Source of the DNA: Octopus bimaculoides
Lineage: Eukaryota
NCBI RefSeq assembly: GCF_001194135.2
Contig: NC_068981.1
Location: 56,546,184 to 56,610,183, forward strand
Direction of reading: 5' to 3'
Length of the DNA stretch: 64,000 nucleotides
Part shown: piece after piece, positions 25,185 to 41,390 of the stretch
Layout: the number at the start of each line of letters is the position of its first letter
How positions within the stretch are numbered: position 1 is the first letter of the stretch
The notes under the pieces: generated by a model
Told to the model about the DNA's origin: nothing
Database searches by the model: none
What the model saw: only the letters and a program-made list of their open reading frames with translations
Translations under genes and position numbers: made by a program

Positions 25185-26888
25185 TGTGAGAGCGTGTATA
25201 AACTTTTCAGTTCCGGGACGAGACTGAGCAGATTTTTTGCTATAATAAACATATCTATCCAATCTACTCAGTGTATTGATTTCTATAGTAGATAATGTTT
25301 GAACCATGTTAAATACATTTTAAATGCATTTAACACACATACACACGTGTATGTGTGTGTACACGCTGTCGTTAGGAGTTGGAGGTGTTATTACTACAGT
25401 ATTTGTGAATAAATTTCTTGTAATTTACAAGAATATTTGAGAAAGTTAAATGAATGCAAGAAGTGTTCCTTTACGTTTATTCACAAAGGATCTTTGTTCG
25501 TATTATGCTTTAATATTTTTCTTTTCTGTAGGAACCAAAAAGTAAAACATTGTGTATTCGCCACGGAATATCTTGTTAATTAAAATATATGGATTTTCAA
25601 CTGTGCTTAAATAATTGAGACCAGTAGTACTTATTTTCATTTATTCATTTATTTATTTCTATAGTAACTAAAGGAGAGTTATCATATGTTTCTTATACGT
25701 TTCCCTTAACTGCTGGGAGCAAATGATTATTGTGAGTATCTAACCATTCCTTTAGGTTCGCTAACGAGAAGCTGTATGGATACATATTTCCAAAAGCAAT
25801 ATTTTCTGTCAATTTGTTATTTAAAGCGAGAAAAAAAAAGGAGTTAAATAATACTTTAGTCAATGTTCAACACATTTACAATGATTCTTCAACGGGTTGT
25901 GATGAAGACTATAGGGTACGAAATAAATTTGTGTCGAACTGAGCACACCACTGATTTTAAATCGCCATCACCGATTCAAATATTTTCCTGATACAGCTGT
26001 TTATAACCGTGATCTCACTAGCTCCCATTACTTATAAGCAAAACAGCTTCTATGGCGTTTCTCGTGCTTCTAGAAATCGTAGTAAATTAATTTCAAATCA
26101 TATCCCATTATCGTAAAAACAGAAAAGACATATATGATAGTGTTATCTGTGATACAGCTGGTTCATAAAGGAAGGATGTTCACGGCTTGAATTCCGGCAA
26201 TCATAGGTCTTTTCTATCGGGGCTGATTCGATCTCAACAACAATAACAATCTCATTTTCCCTAAAAACAAAAGTTGTGTCGATTCAAATAGAAGCCAATA
26301 TTTCTTTATTAATTTGCATATTTTACCGATAAATATCAGTAGACAATCACGCGCATTCACTCACGGTTATACATGTGCATGTTCAAGTTAACACAAAACA
26401 CACGCTCATACGCTCACTCATTCACGCTCTCCCTCTCTCTTTCACAAAGACACAATATCTCCCTCATGCGCACACAGATTAATTCACACGTACAGTCTTG
26501 CAATCATCCATTTTCAGAGAGAAAGAGAGAGAGAAGAGGGGAAAGTAGGGATTGAGAGAGAGTGAAAGATAGAGGGGGAACGAGGGATAAACAGAGAGAG
26601 AGGGAGAAGGTAGGGAGGTGAAAAGAAAGCAATAGACAAATTTTTCAAAACTGCATGAAATTGTACTTCCTATACTTTAATCAGGAATTAGACATAATTA
26701 TAAGTATAGTATTGATAAGTAAGATTACACTGTCCCATATTACATTAGCTTTATATTTTGAAGAGAGTTATTGAAATAAATGAGCCTGGAGAGGGTTATA
26801 GACTGAAACTCTGTAAAATGTTTAGAAATACGACTCACTTTTCTGTCTTTAAACCACAAACATTAATCATATATAAACTTTCCGCCAT

Positions 26889-27570
<682 letters not shown>

Positions 27571-28069
27571 TGAATTCATCTTTCCAGTTATATCATTTTT
27601 TCGCTTAGGAGTGGTGCATATTCCACACTACAAGATGTAGTGACGAATCATATTGGCTGCAGTGTATCATTCTGAACATATTGCTTGTTCTCTCCACTGT
27701 CTACTCGTTCTTGAATGCTCGGAGATTCTTGATGCATTGTTTCAGTAGATAAAACATACTCGATCAAAGCGCAACGGTTGCTGTCTCTTTGCAATTATTG
27801 CTGATGATATTTGAGGACATTGAGGTTGCTCATGTTGTAGCTATTTTTGTGTATGTACTTCTCTGTCTAGATGGATTGAGAGAGATAGTGTTTTTAGGAT
27901 GCTAATGTTCTAGCGAGTTGTATACGTGAGTGGGTGTTTGTAGTTGTTTTCATTTAGTGACAGAAGCTGCAGGGGTGTAAGATGCCAGCAGTAGCAAACT
28001 GTCCTACAACCTTTCCTTTTTAATATATTTGTTTTGTAAGGCGACGAGCTGGCAGAAAAGCGTATGTAA

Positions 28070-29100
<1,031 letters not shown>

Positions 29101-29338
29101 GCCACTTTATATAAAAACATTTATGCAAAGACAGATACAGTGGAATATTACAATTCAAATGGCAGCTAATCTCCCGTACAAAAATTGTTACCAAATGAAT
29201 TGTTTGCATGCATTGTTTTCTCAGATGTGATCTTTGTTAACTTGTTCTCTCCATACATCTGTTTACTGTGAATGCATACATTTTATTCGGTATAAAGCAT
29301 ATAAATTCAAGAAATGTGCGACTTGAAACAGAGTTAAT

Positions 29339-29910
<572 letters not shown>

Positions 29911-30109
29911 AGTTTCATATCGTAAATTATAAATTAAAGGTATCCTCATTTACTGTCCACGAAGACACTACTTTTGAAGGCGCTAATACTAAATTTGCAG
30001 ATGTGACGCATTCTTCCTGCTAGTTTGATGAACAGAATACTGATGCGATAATACTGTTTTATTTCAAAGAATTACTGTAATACAGAATATATCTTTAACG
30101 ATGTTTGTA

Positions 30110-30305
30110 CCCCACCTTCTCACCGAATAACAACCGGTGTGTTTACGATCCCGTAAGTTAGCGGTTCGGCGAAAGACGTCAATAGAATAAGTACCAGTAC
30201 TTTAAGACGTAAGTTCTATGGTCGATGCATTCGACGAAAATTCTTCAAGGCGGTGCCCCAGCATGGCTGCAGTCTAATCACTGAAACATTTAAAAGATAA
30301 AAGAT
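30110..30305 (+). mobile_element. SINE with tail GGCGGTGCCCCAGCATGG...TGAAAC
   Basis: Shares AATAAGTACCAG with the other SINEs but has a different tail. Reverse copies at about 31790-31960 and 43690-43880, tail fragments at about 3045 and 8695. RTE origin of the tail is an inference. Confidence 0.7.
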
Positions 30306-30590
30306 ACAAATACACACATACACACACACATACACACATACACACACACATACATACATATATACATACATACAAAAATGGCCCGGAGATGGAAACTTTT
30401 AGCATTACCTCTGTATTGTACGTTTTTTTTGTTCAGACATTTTACAGACTTAAAACTATATTTATTGATTCTAGAATGATTTGAACACACACGTATATAT
30501 TAAATCTTGCGTTAGATATACGGTATTGTTCCTGTGGTCTTCCACCCTTATATATCCATACATACATACATACATACATACATACATACA

Positions 30591-30790
30591 AGACTACCGA
30601 TCCAATCCACCACTGGAACTGTAAAAATCTGTAAAAATTTCCAGAAGTTTTTCATTTAAGTATAAATGAGCATGTCTAGATATGCAAATATATGTATGAG
30701 AAGATATACATAAAGCGAAAGGTACAAATCTGCACGTATACATACATACATACATACATACATACATACATACATACATACATACATAGA
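30591..30790 (+). mobile_element. R4/Dong-like 3' fragment between (CATA)n arrays
   Basis: RLPIQSTTGTVKICKNFQKFFI* plus a 3' UTR homologous to 3460-3600. Confidence 0.75.
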
Positions 30791-31475
30791 GTGACCCGAG
30801 AATATTACACCAGACTTATGAAAATATGGCAGTCAGAACTCACCTCTTACAACAAAAAAATATCCCACAATGCATTTGCAGTACCATGCTGATACCAACA
30901 TTTGGGATATTTTACTGGCTTGTAGAGGAAATCCATTCCATAAATATCAAAACCCGCAAAATCCAGACAACTAAGAACTTCCACAGAAACAATGATGTTG
31001 ACAAGCTCTACCCAAGAAGAAATGAAGGTGGTAGAAGCCTGAAATCAGTGCAGACGGCCTTCGAATGCCGTATGATATCACTCAGGCAGCACCTGCTAAA
31101 CAATAACAGCAAAAGAATGGCACGAAGCGCAGCCTCTCTTGGACACAAGACCACTACATCACAGTATTCCTTGAGCTGATGTTTATGAATGTATTACATA
31201 ACCGAAGGATTTTCTAAGTTTATTTCAGGACAGTCTTGTTTTGCGGATGGCATTGTAAATTGTTTCAGCAACAACATCGTGCCGCATAGGAAGGTAGTAT
31301 CGTGACGACATTTTAGGACAGCTGCTAATCTCGTGCGTAATGTCTTCCGCAGAAACATGACATAGACTACACATGCGGTTGCCCATTGGGATTACAAGAG
31401 TGTCACTGTCTCTCTTGTTCACCGGGTATTTTGTGGCAATCTTCTGTTCCTGGATTGCAATCCAGGAACAGAGAC
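30788..31475. mobile_element. Rearranged R4/Dong-like copy: plus-strand post-RT fragment then an inverted CCHC fragment
   Basis: Plus: VTREYYTRLMKIWQSELTSYNK...DVDKLYPRRNEGGRSLKS. Minus: AIQEQKIATKY...CSLC...EDITHEISSCPKMSSRYYLPMRHDVVA. Confidence 0.8.
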
Positions 31476-32994
31476 CTAGATATTTACGGTACAACATTCA
31501 TTATGTGTATGGAGTATGTAGGCAAAACTGTTGCTGATTCTACTTTTGGTAGTAACAGCAACAGTTTTAACATTCGACTATATTAATATTCTTTGCCAAA
31601 AGTGTTACTGTTTTCTTCTTGAATAATTGCATCCACAAACCGATACCAGTTCTTTAATTGAATTAATTTCTTTTCATTTGTGTACTTCTATATTTTCTCA
31701 TCTAACGAACAAATATTTAACTAATTGTTTTCGGTTCAGATTACTGCTTGTTCATTTAAGTTATCACTTTTTTCGTTTTATCTTATACATGTTTCAGTCA
31801 TTAGATTGCGACTATACTGGAGCACCGCCTTGATGGACTTTTTCGAAGAAATCGACTCCAGTCTTATTCCGTCAACCGGCTTCGACTAACTGCTTCGTTA
31901 CGGGGATGTAGACAAACCAACACAGGTCATCAAGCAATGGGGGAGGGGAAAACACACACACTCACACCAGATTTACTCACAAGCTGTAGGTCGAATTGGG
32001 GTTACAGTAGCAGACACTTGTTCAAGGTATCACACTAAGTTAAAGGGATGTAGACAAAACAACACTGCCCTTATTGAGCAGATGTATGGTGGAAGGTCTT
32101 CCAGCCATAACCACGAACAAAAAAATGTATATAGAACTGAATTGTCTAATACTTCCCTTTTGTGACAAAAGAGAATGATTGGAGAGAAATAAATTTTTAC
32201 TGCTATTTTTAGCAGATCACGCGATTAGGCAGAGGCTTCCTTAACTCATACTACCAAACTAGTGTTATTATTGTTTGCCGCAGTCAACACAAATCAAGTA
32301 ACTTTACTAACTAACAAAAGCAATCTAGCCATGACTGCCCTGTTTCTTTCCCTTTTTGTAGGACTATGCTATCAAATTTGTCCTACACTTATTCTGGATA
32401 CTGTGGAATGTCACTAAATTAGGGTGCTATGGCGGCTAATATTACAAGATGTAGTGATTGATTAGAAACTAATAGTTGCTGGACAAGGTGACAGCTAGTC
32501 TTGTTTAATGAATAAACGTTATACACCTAAATCAACTCAAGACATTTTTAATGAGTGTATGATACTAAAATCTATTTAAAAAAACATTACTTGAGAATGC
32601 ACCAAATGACCTTTATTAAAGTAGCTACGGTTCATTAAAAATGAATGAAATATAGAAATAATGACTTAATTATAAAAATATCATGAAAACTTCTTATGCA
32701 ATCTCGCACCAGCTTTTTAAAAATACAATGTCATATTTATATCGTGACATCTTTATCAATACATAAGTCTCTCCCGTGATATACATATACATATATGCAT
32801 ATATTCATATGTATGTATGTGTGTTTATGTTTGTGTATGTATGTATGTGTATCTATGTGAATGCGTGTGTATTTTAGCGCCAACGAAATTACTGGAAGCA
32901 TTTAACCGTTCTATCTCTCCTTTTTCATTACATTTTGTTTCTTCTTTAGAATCGTTTATTGAATCTTAAGCCAAGCTAAAGATAGGGTGCAGTA

Positions 32995-33063
32995 ATGTAT
33001 GAGAGATATCGAGTAACTTGGTACACCGCGTATTTCTTCATTGCAGCTATTGGTAGTGCTTTG
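32995..33063 (+). CDS. Candidate first coding exon (signal-peptide or TM-like N-terminus)
   Basis: Strong acceptor (ACATTTTGTTTCTTCTTTAG| at 32949), in-frame upstream stops, ATG, MYERYRVTWYTAYFFIAAIGSAL, then donor TTG|GTAAGC. Confidence 0.35.
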
Positions 33064-33242
33064 GTAAGCCACCGGTGTGAGTTATTTATACCTGCTGTGT
33101 TAAGAGCTCGTGTCAGTTTTTAATTGCATTTTTTTCGTACTCGCTAGCTGTTGACAGCGAGATGTGTTTTAGCTCAGTTCACTAATCTCACATTTTTTCT
33201 TCCAAAATTCTATTATTATTACTATTATTATTATTATTATTA

Positions 33243-33326
<84 letters not shown>

Positions 33327-33456
33327 NNNNNNNNNNNNNNNNNNNNNNNNNNNNNNNNNNNNNNNNNNNNNNNNNNNNNNNNNNNNNNNNNNNNNNNNNN
33401 NNNNNNNNNNNNNNNNNNNNNNNNNNNNNNNNNNNNNNNNNNNNNNNNNNNNNNNN

Positions 33457-33506
<50 letters not shown>

Positions 33507-34759
33507 AATATGTACGTGTCAATGCATAAACGAAGAATACATACATGTTTATATATATATACATACTTACATACATATATATGCGTGTGTTTGCGTGTGT
33601 GTGTGTGTGTGTGTATATATATTTGTACAACACAAACACATACACGTTTGTGAGCATGTATGCTTGTATGAAATTAAGTATATAAGTGGTTATACTCTTC
33701 ACATACATACCTACATATGTGTGTATGTGTGTGTGAATGTGTGCTGCGTGAGAGAGTGAGTGAATGTATATGTAAATTTGAATGTATTACTTTGTATGCG
33801 TGATCATACTCTCATACACACCAGGAATTTCCTCTACGGCTATACTTAACGAGAAGGTAAGCTAGTTATTTAAACAAGTTTACATGTAAGAGTTACCTGT
33901 AATAGAGACTTCTAGTTTAGCGAAAAGGAGGTTCAATTAGTTACCTAGTGCTTCGCCAGATTCTAATGATGTCTTGGTTCCACTTTTAAATGTATCTGAA
34001 ATGTTAATATTGTTACACTTCAATAATGAAATTGATTGTATAGTTAATTAAAAAAAGGTGGAAATTACATACACACACACACATATATATACATATATAA
34101 ATACACACACACACACGCACACATACACATATACATATNNNNNNNNNNNNNNNNNNNNNNNNNNNNNNNNNNNNNNNNNNNNNNNNNNNNNNNNNNNNNN
34201 NNNNNNNNNNNNNNNNNNNNNNNNNNNNNNNNNNNNNNNNNNNNNNNNNNNNNNNNNNNNNNNNNNNNNNNNNNNNNNNNNNNNNNNNNNNNNNNNNNNN
34301 NNNNNNNNNNNNNNNNNNNNNNNNNNNNNNNNNNNNNNNNNNNNNNNNNNNNNNNNNNNNNNNNNNNNNNNNNNNNNNNNNNNNNNNNNNNNNNNNNNNN
34401 NNNNNNNNNNNNNNNNNNNNNNNNNNNNNNNNNNNNNNNNNNNNNNNNNNNNNNNNNNNNNNNNNNNNNNNNNNNNNNNNNNNNNNNNNNNNNNNNNNNN
34501 NNNNNNNNNNNNNNNNNNNNNNNNNNNNNNNNNNNNNNNNNNNNNNNNNNNNNNNNNNNNNNNNNNNNNNNNNNNNNNNNNNNNNNNNNNNNNNNNNNNN
34601 NNNNNNNNNNNNNNNNNNNNNNNNNNNNNNNNNNNNNNNNNNNNNNNNNNNNNNNNNNNNNNNNNNNNNNNNNNNNNNNNNNNNNNNNNNNNNNNNNNNN
34701 NNNNNNNNNNNNNNNNNNNNNNNNNNNNNNNNNNNNNNNNNNNNNNNNNNNNNNNNNNN

Positions 34760-35243
34760 TACTTTGGGCTAGATAACTCATTAAACTCGAGTTCGATACG
34801 CACGCAGTCTTCCACACTTATCAGTCCCCTTCCTCCATTTGCTGTCTTCATGTCTGCATCAGATGATGGGCTCCGTGCATCGTTAGAAGCTTTTTTGACT
34901 TCCTCTACACCTCCCTTAACTCCTCTTCCGTTCACTTCAGATTCTAGCGCTATACGAACTACTGCGACTGCGCGTGAGTTTATTGCCGAAATTATGTTTC
35001 TTGTATTCAGCTTTGAGGCCAGTATTTTTCTCACTCGCCGCAGGTATTCTCTTTTTGTCTTTTCCTTCATGTCGTGGTATTTGGTTCCATCTTCCTCGAG
35101 TATTCCCAGGTATTTATAGCTGGAGTGAGGTTGAATTGCAGGCACCATTTCACCACTTGGCAACCATATGCCTTCTGTCTTGGCAAGATTTCCTCGTTTC
35201 ATCACCATCGTAGCACATTTTGAGAGTCCAAACTCTATCTTAT
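34760..35243 (-). mobile_element. R4/Dong-like RT fragment starting at (TAA)n/(CAA)n
   Basis: IEFGLSKCATMVMKRG...YKYLGILE...EYLRRVRKILASKLNTRNIISAINSRAVAV...GGRGLISVEDCV. Confidence 0.85.
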
Positions 35244-35266
35244 TATGATTATTGTTGTTGTTGTTG

Positions 35267-35304
<38 letters not shown>

Positions 35305-35742
35305 GTTCAGTATTTTTATTTTTATAACGTGCTTTCACTTCACTACCGAGCNNNNNNNNNNNNNNNNNNNNNNNNNNNNNNNNNNNNNNNNNNNNNNNNN
35401 NNNNNNNNNNNNNNNNNNNNNNNNNNNNNNNNNNNNNNNNNNNNNNNNNNNNNNNNNNNNNNNNNNNNNNNNNGCCTTGGGTATGTGCTGTGGTTTGCTG
35501 TGGTGCTCTCATGTTTACTGTATTGAAAGTGTTTTGCGTAGAATGTGTGCAGTACCCAGTAGTGCAATTTTCTGTATGTTATATATATTTGTAAGTCCTG
35601 GTGTTTTTGTTATGTATTTGTCTGAATATTTTTTTATTATACCTAAGGCACCTACTATGATAGGAATTGTTTCTGTTTTTAGATTCCAAATTCGAGTTAT
35701 CTCTATTTCCAGGTCTTTGTATTTTGAAAGTTTTTCCATTAT
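35305..35742 (-). mobile_element. R4/Dong-like 3' fragment flanked by (TAA)n on both sides (contains an N gap)
   Basis: EKLSKYKDLEIEITRIWNLKTETIPIIVGALG...IQKIALLGTAHILRKTLSIQ*. Confidence 0.8.
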
Positions 35743-35759
35743 TATTATTATTATTATAT

Positions 35760-37640
35760 CTGACATACTCAGCTTGTTGCATTAATATACCAGCTATTCC
35801 TTTCCCGTGAACTAATGTGGTACGTTCTTTGCAAATGGCGGGGCATTTGCGGAGGCTCTTTGCGCGGCCAAGTAAAGTTGTTTTTTGAATGTGCTCTATT
35901 TTAATTTTTGTGCTTATTTTTGCTCACATTACCTCGGGCATCAACCAATACTGACACAACAGATACACTTGTCGCTGACCACAGCATTTTGATTTCTCTC
36001 TTCAGAGCTTCATATCTCGGCAGCTTTCTCCTTTTTATTTTTTGGCCAATTCTGTTGTCCCTAGACCCCGAGATGTCTATGACCCTGTACAATTTTTCTC
36101 GTTTCCCATGTTCGATTCTATGATCTCATCGAATCATGATGTCCGAAAGGATTTTTGCTGTCTTTTCTTTTCACCACATCCTTTGGCTCATGCAAATTTT
36201 CTCACCTTTTTCCTATCCAGACTTGTTGCATAGTTCCCAGTGGACCGTTCCGAAGACATTTCCAGGCTTCTCTTGTATTCTCTCTGAGCCATTTTGTTAC
36301 ATTACCTAAGAATATACTAAGTTATTTTTCCAGTTTCGCCACATGTTCTACATTTGTTCAATTCTAAGGAATGGTCAATTCTTTTGTTGATGTAGTTTTT
36401 TTCTGAAAGCTTTTCCTGTGCTGAACATATTAAGTCCTCTATTTCAGGTTTCTGCTCACATTTCTGTAACCACATCTATCTTTTATCTGGATTTTGAGTT
36501 CCTTAGTATCTCTCTAAGAACTAACCGTACGTCTTATACGTTCAGCTGTTTTCCCTCTTTGTGGCTGTCTTCATCTTATCTTGACTGATTTCTTTATGTA
36601 ATAAACTTACCTTACTTTCACAAGTACTGCTTCCTTTACGTTCTTTATATATCACGAAATACGGTTTTGTTTTTCTGACGGAATATAATACTCACAACTT
36701 ATCAATCACCGCCCAACTCTTACCAGGTATAGACTGCCAATATTACTTTTCGGGTGCAACGCACCATGTACTGTCAATAGTTTTCTTATTTTCTTGCGGT
36801 TACTCTGTTTCTCAACGTATCACTCCTGCTCCATATCTCAAGAGCGCAGTTGCCCATGTTTTTGTTACATGAAACTTATTCCTCCATTCAATTCAAATTC
36901 AATATCAGCCTTCTGTATATCACCATCTATTTATTTAGACTTTATCTCAACACACACACCACACTTTTTCAATCCAAATTCCAATCTAAGGTCCGTGCTA
37001 GAATAATGTACTGTATAAATCAGTAAATTCAGCTGGTTTTTCATTTTCCCCATAATAGGCGGTTGATCTTACCTTTCCTTTCTTTAAACTCATGCGCAGT
37101 TTTCGTTATTCTCGAATTCAAAGTCAATGATATCAGATGCAAGACTAAAAAGCTATAGTAACAAGCTATCTCCTAGGAATATTCCACTTTCGATTTTGAC
37201 AAAATCTCATCTCTGCTTCCCCGATATGAGTTCACTGGTCCATTCATTCATAATTCTGCTCGATAAGTTCATGATATTGTTTGCAATTCCAAATATCTTC
37301 CAGTACTCCATAATCCACAAAGGAGGAACCATATCACGTGCTTCCCGGTAGTTATCCACGTCATCACGAAGTTCATTCTTCGCTCTTTGGAGTCTTCAGC
37401 ACTGTTATATTAATCAATATCTGCTATTTGGCTTCTCCGCATCCCTTTTGCACTCATTTTGCTTTTCCGGTTGGGTTCGATAATAGCACTTCATAACGAT
37501 TGCATTGAGCTCTTTGTTCCATTCTTTTCTCGATTTTTGTATGCTAATAGTCACAGGTCCACAACTGGGTCCACGACTGCTCAATGGAACACCTACTGGA
37601 CATGGCATCTCCACCTCTTTTTCTAGTTCCATTAACGCTG
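35760..37640 (-). mobile_element. Internally deleted, degenerate R4/Dong-like element ending at (TAA)n
   Basis: N-terminal RKEWNKELNAIVMKCYYR, RT GIFLGDSL-like motif, REL IDISGSRDNRI...RYEALKREIKMLW...VSVLVDARG. Confidence 0.7.
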
Positions 37641-37879
37641 TTACCTACATTTCCTTCAAAGTTTAACACATAGAGACACTTTAAGCGTTGTTTTATATTC
37701 GTGACACCATCATTAGATGAGTAGCCAACTAATGTTCGGAGATATTTCATCCACAGTTAAGCCGATAGGGATTACACGCTGATATTTCTAATACTGCGCT
37801 TGGTTTTTTGTCAGTTATCCTTTTTTCTAGGTTGCCCTGCAGACTGCTGCCTGTAAGCTCTCGAGAACAATCTCCTCGC

Positions 37880-38460
37880 TTCTATGGAAAGACATCTCCA
37901 AAGTCTAAGACGTTCAGGGGTTAGGAATCAGCTCGAAAAGTCATGGGTGACTGTTTTTTGGGGACGACCAGGCATTCTGAGACATGGCTGTACAGTGAAC
38001 AGCGATTGATAGTTTGGTGTAGTCATCAGGAGGGAGGTCTCGAGCAAAAATCTGAAAATTATCATCCGACGACATACATCTTTGACAGCAAATTTGCAAT
38101 CGGCAGTTTGGTGTGGTCAGTGATTCCCAATCCACCATACAGTTCGGATCTGGCGGCTTTTAACTTCAAACTGTTCGGTCCAATGAAGAACATTTTTTGG
38201 AAACAAATATTTGATGAGAGGACGTGTTGAAAGTGGTTGCGAAGAAGTAGGTACAATATTCAACACAAAGGAGATTGGTGAGTTGGTTTGTACGAACACG
38301 CAATTCCATCGCTTGTGACGGGGGATATTTTGTGCAGTACCTTTGTATAAATGATGAGTTAGTTACTCCACCGACTTGTGCAATTTGAATGACGCATGTC
38401 AGTAAAAAGAAAAAAAAAAGGTATGACTACTTTTGCATTTTTTTCGATCCAACTCTCGTA
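37880..38460 (+). mobile_element. mariner transposase remnant
   Basis: SARKVMGDCF (compare SAGKVMxTVFW) and VIPNPPYSSDLAAFNFKLFGPMK (compare HPPYSPDLAPSDFHLF). TIR-like end ...CCAACTCTCGTA. Confidence 0.75.
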
Positions 38461-39523
38461 TTTCATTTTTTGTCCTTTATTATAACTGGAGAAAATTAAT
38501 AATACCGGAACTGAATCTCATTTTAGTGACCAACGAATTAATGAGTGTTTTTTAAATTCAAACCCAATATATTTATATATTTATAAAATCCAACGAAAAG
38601 CACCATATTCCCAATTCAGCTACTTTTATTTCTTAAATAGTGAAAGAACTATTTGTAGTTACCTATAATTTCCAATTCCGTCATATTAATGTCAATAATT
38701 ATCCACCATGAATCGGTACATAGAGTTTTCAATAAAGACAGCTCTTAAAATTCTTAGGTTAATCGCATTTTCTTCAGCATCAGCCAGATCAGAAATTAAA
38801 CTGACAATATGTATATCGAGTGTGTAACGAGTGGTTTGTATTTCGTCTGACACCTTTCGTCGAAATAATTATTAGTCGGTACTGGAAATCTCTTCACATT
38901 TTTCTTTTTTTATGTAATGTTGGTAGGACAGATTTTATGTGAAAGGACCGACTAACAAATAAAAACTTCCATCATACATACATGCATACATACATACATA
39001 CATACATACAAACATACAAACATACATACATACATGCATACATACACAAGCAAATATGCATAATTACGTACACACATGCACAAATAAATAAAAGCACATC
39101 TATATGCATGAATGCATATATATTGGTGTATAAATGGATACATATATGGGACCTTATTAAAATACACCCAAAGAATGACGGATAGATCTTTATGAAACAT
39201 TTGATCCACTAGTTAAATTAATCGCAACAATGATCTAGGGAAGAAAATCTTTGAACATATGACATCCATGTGAACATGTTTGTAGTAGTCTTATTAGGAC
39301 ATAGGGTTTGATAAAATAGATTAACTTCTCTTAGATTAAAATGTGAAGCGTATTGCTTCATACTTTGGAAGATAATATTTCACGATTGAGAGGATATTAC
39401 CGAATAAACCTGTAATAGTGAAAATTAATAGTAATCTACATTCACACAGCAATTGCCCTGATTGCGTGAGAGAGACACAGAGAGAGGAGAGAAAGGGGAG
39501 AGAAAGGGGAGAGACAGAGAGAA

Positions 39524-39607
<84 letters not shown>

Positions 39608-39789
39608 GGACACAGCTGACTAAATATCCAGTCCGGAAAATATTACTGGTACGTAATGGAGCCATTGGGATTTGAGCACACACAATATTCAGGTACAGAA
39701 CTAAATATTGTAAGCTGTCTGATCTAACTAGCTACTATTGTCCCTAAGGATAACTAATAATTGTAATGGTAGTAGTTGCTGGTCATGAC

Positions 39790-39875
39790 AAGATCATCAG
39801 CAGTTACCCGAAAATGTCAACCAGATATTCCCTTCCTATGAGACATGACAGCGTAACAATAGTTGGAAGCAATGA
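39790..39875 (+). mobile_element. Short R4/Dong-like CCHC-region fragment
   Basis: SSYPKMSTRYSLPMRHDSV matches SSCPKMSSRYYLPMRHDVV at about 31300. Confidence 0.65.
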
Positions 39876-40684
39876 CATTTATAGTATAAGATTGTTCTAG
39901 TGGAAATTAAAAATATACCAACGAATGTATTTACTTTTTGGAAAACAAGAAATATTTGTGAAACATAGCGGTTAAAACTTTTATCAAACGCAAATATAAT
40001 CGTATAAATATTCCATGAGATAGATACCTTAAATGTGTGCACTTACAAGCCAGTTACCCAACGGCCGTTAAACTTTCAGCAAAAGATATAAAAGATAATT
40101 TATCCTCAAAAAATGATGCATAGCTAAAATCTTTGTCGCACTTATCTATGTAATGCTAAGAAGGTTGGGGAATCTAAAAGAAAGTGACCCATCATCTAAA
40201 TACTATTGGTATATTGCTCTTAATGCACACTAATTCCCAGCTCTTAATTTAAAACTGAAGTTTACAAAGAAGAAATTTATTTAATGTATACACTTTTAAT
40301 ATAATTTTGAATTCGCTCTGAATTATATCATTAGACTATTGGTTGTCTCAAAAAACTTCGGTTGTATACAATACGTAATATTCTGAGTAATTAAGTTATA
40401 GAAAAATATATTTATGTATTTTAAAATCTTCTTTATTAAGGATGTGAGTTTGTTTGTCACTTCTATCTCCATGTTCTTTCCTTTTTGCTGGTGTGTGATT
40501 TGGAAAATTATGGAGCCAAATGACAAGCACACAAACACAAAACAATACCAGGCAGAAATAATATAACGCTTACTAGTAACAATTGTCTTATATAAAACAT
40601 GTCAAGCTAAGTATAACATTAGTTTTGTATTCTCATAAAACATCAAATTTGGGAATGTGTATTCAAATGATACAAATTAAAATA

Positions 40685-40885
40685 TTGGTTCCAAAATTTC
40701 GCACAAGGCGAGCAAGCTCGGGGAAGGGGATAAGTTGATTACATAGGCCCCAGTACTTAACTGGTACTTTTTTTTATTCACCCCGAAAAGATGAAAGGCA
40801 AAGTCGACCTCGGCGATATTTGAATTCAGAACGTTAAGATGGACGAAATGTCTTCAAACATTTAGCTCGGCGTGCTAACGTTGCT
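40685..40885 (-). mobile_element. tRNA-head SINE (6609-type), diverged
   Basis: Homologous head and central domain. Confidence 0.85.
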
Positions 40886-41204
40886 GCCAGCTCACCGCCT
40901 TAGTAATATAGTAATGTAGTAATAAAGTAAGTCAAACCTTCAGCGTACGCACAGTAATACTAAACTCATGCCAGAAACCACGACAAAACGATTTGCAAAT
41001 GACCGATAGAAACATGGCATCAACACTAAAAGAAAAATTAAAGTTCACTGAAAACGAATAAGAATTAAATGTAGCAGTGGCCCTAAAATTTCTCGTCCAA
41101 TACTAAACAAATCATCGCCACTACAATAATTTCATCCAAGAGATAAAATAAAAGAGCACAAAAAGTCTAAAGACTGGTTAATCGGTTTCCATGACGCACA
41201 AGTG

Positions 41205-41390
41205 ACCGAGGTTTCGTCATTATCTCTTTGTAGGATGACAGTCCGTCGTAGGATTCCTCATTTACAGCTGAGTGAAATGGAACAATGTGAAAAGAAGTGT
41301 TTTGCTCAAGAACACAACACACTGCTTAGTTCAGGAATCGAAACCACAATCTTGAGTGCAACACTAACAACTACGCCATGTGCCTTCACA
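41205..41390 (-). mobile_element. Second tRNA-derived SINE family
   Basis: Minus strand TGGCGTAGTTGTTAG...GGTTTCGATTCC, then TGTGTTCTTGAGCAAAACACTT...CTCAGCTGTAAATGAG. The superfamily is not assigned. Confidence 0.65.

Noticed and set aside
25665-25935. Acceptor/donor pairs and the frame FANEKLYGYIFPKAIF...
   Set aside because: Every frame of the first candidate exon has a stop, and the second has no donor or recognisable homology.
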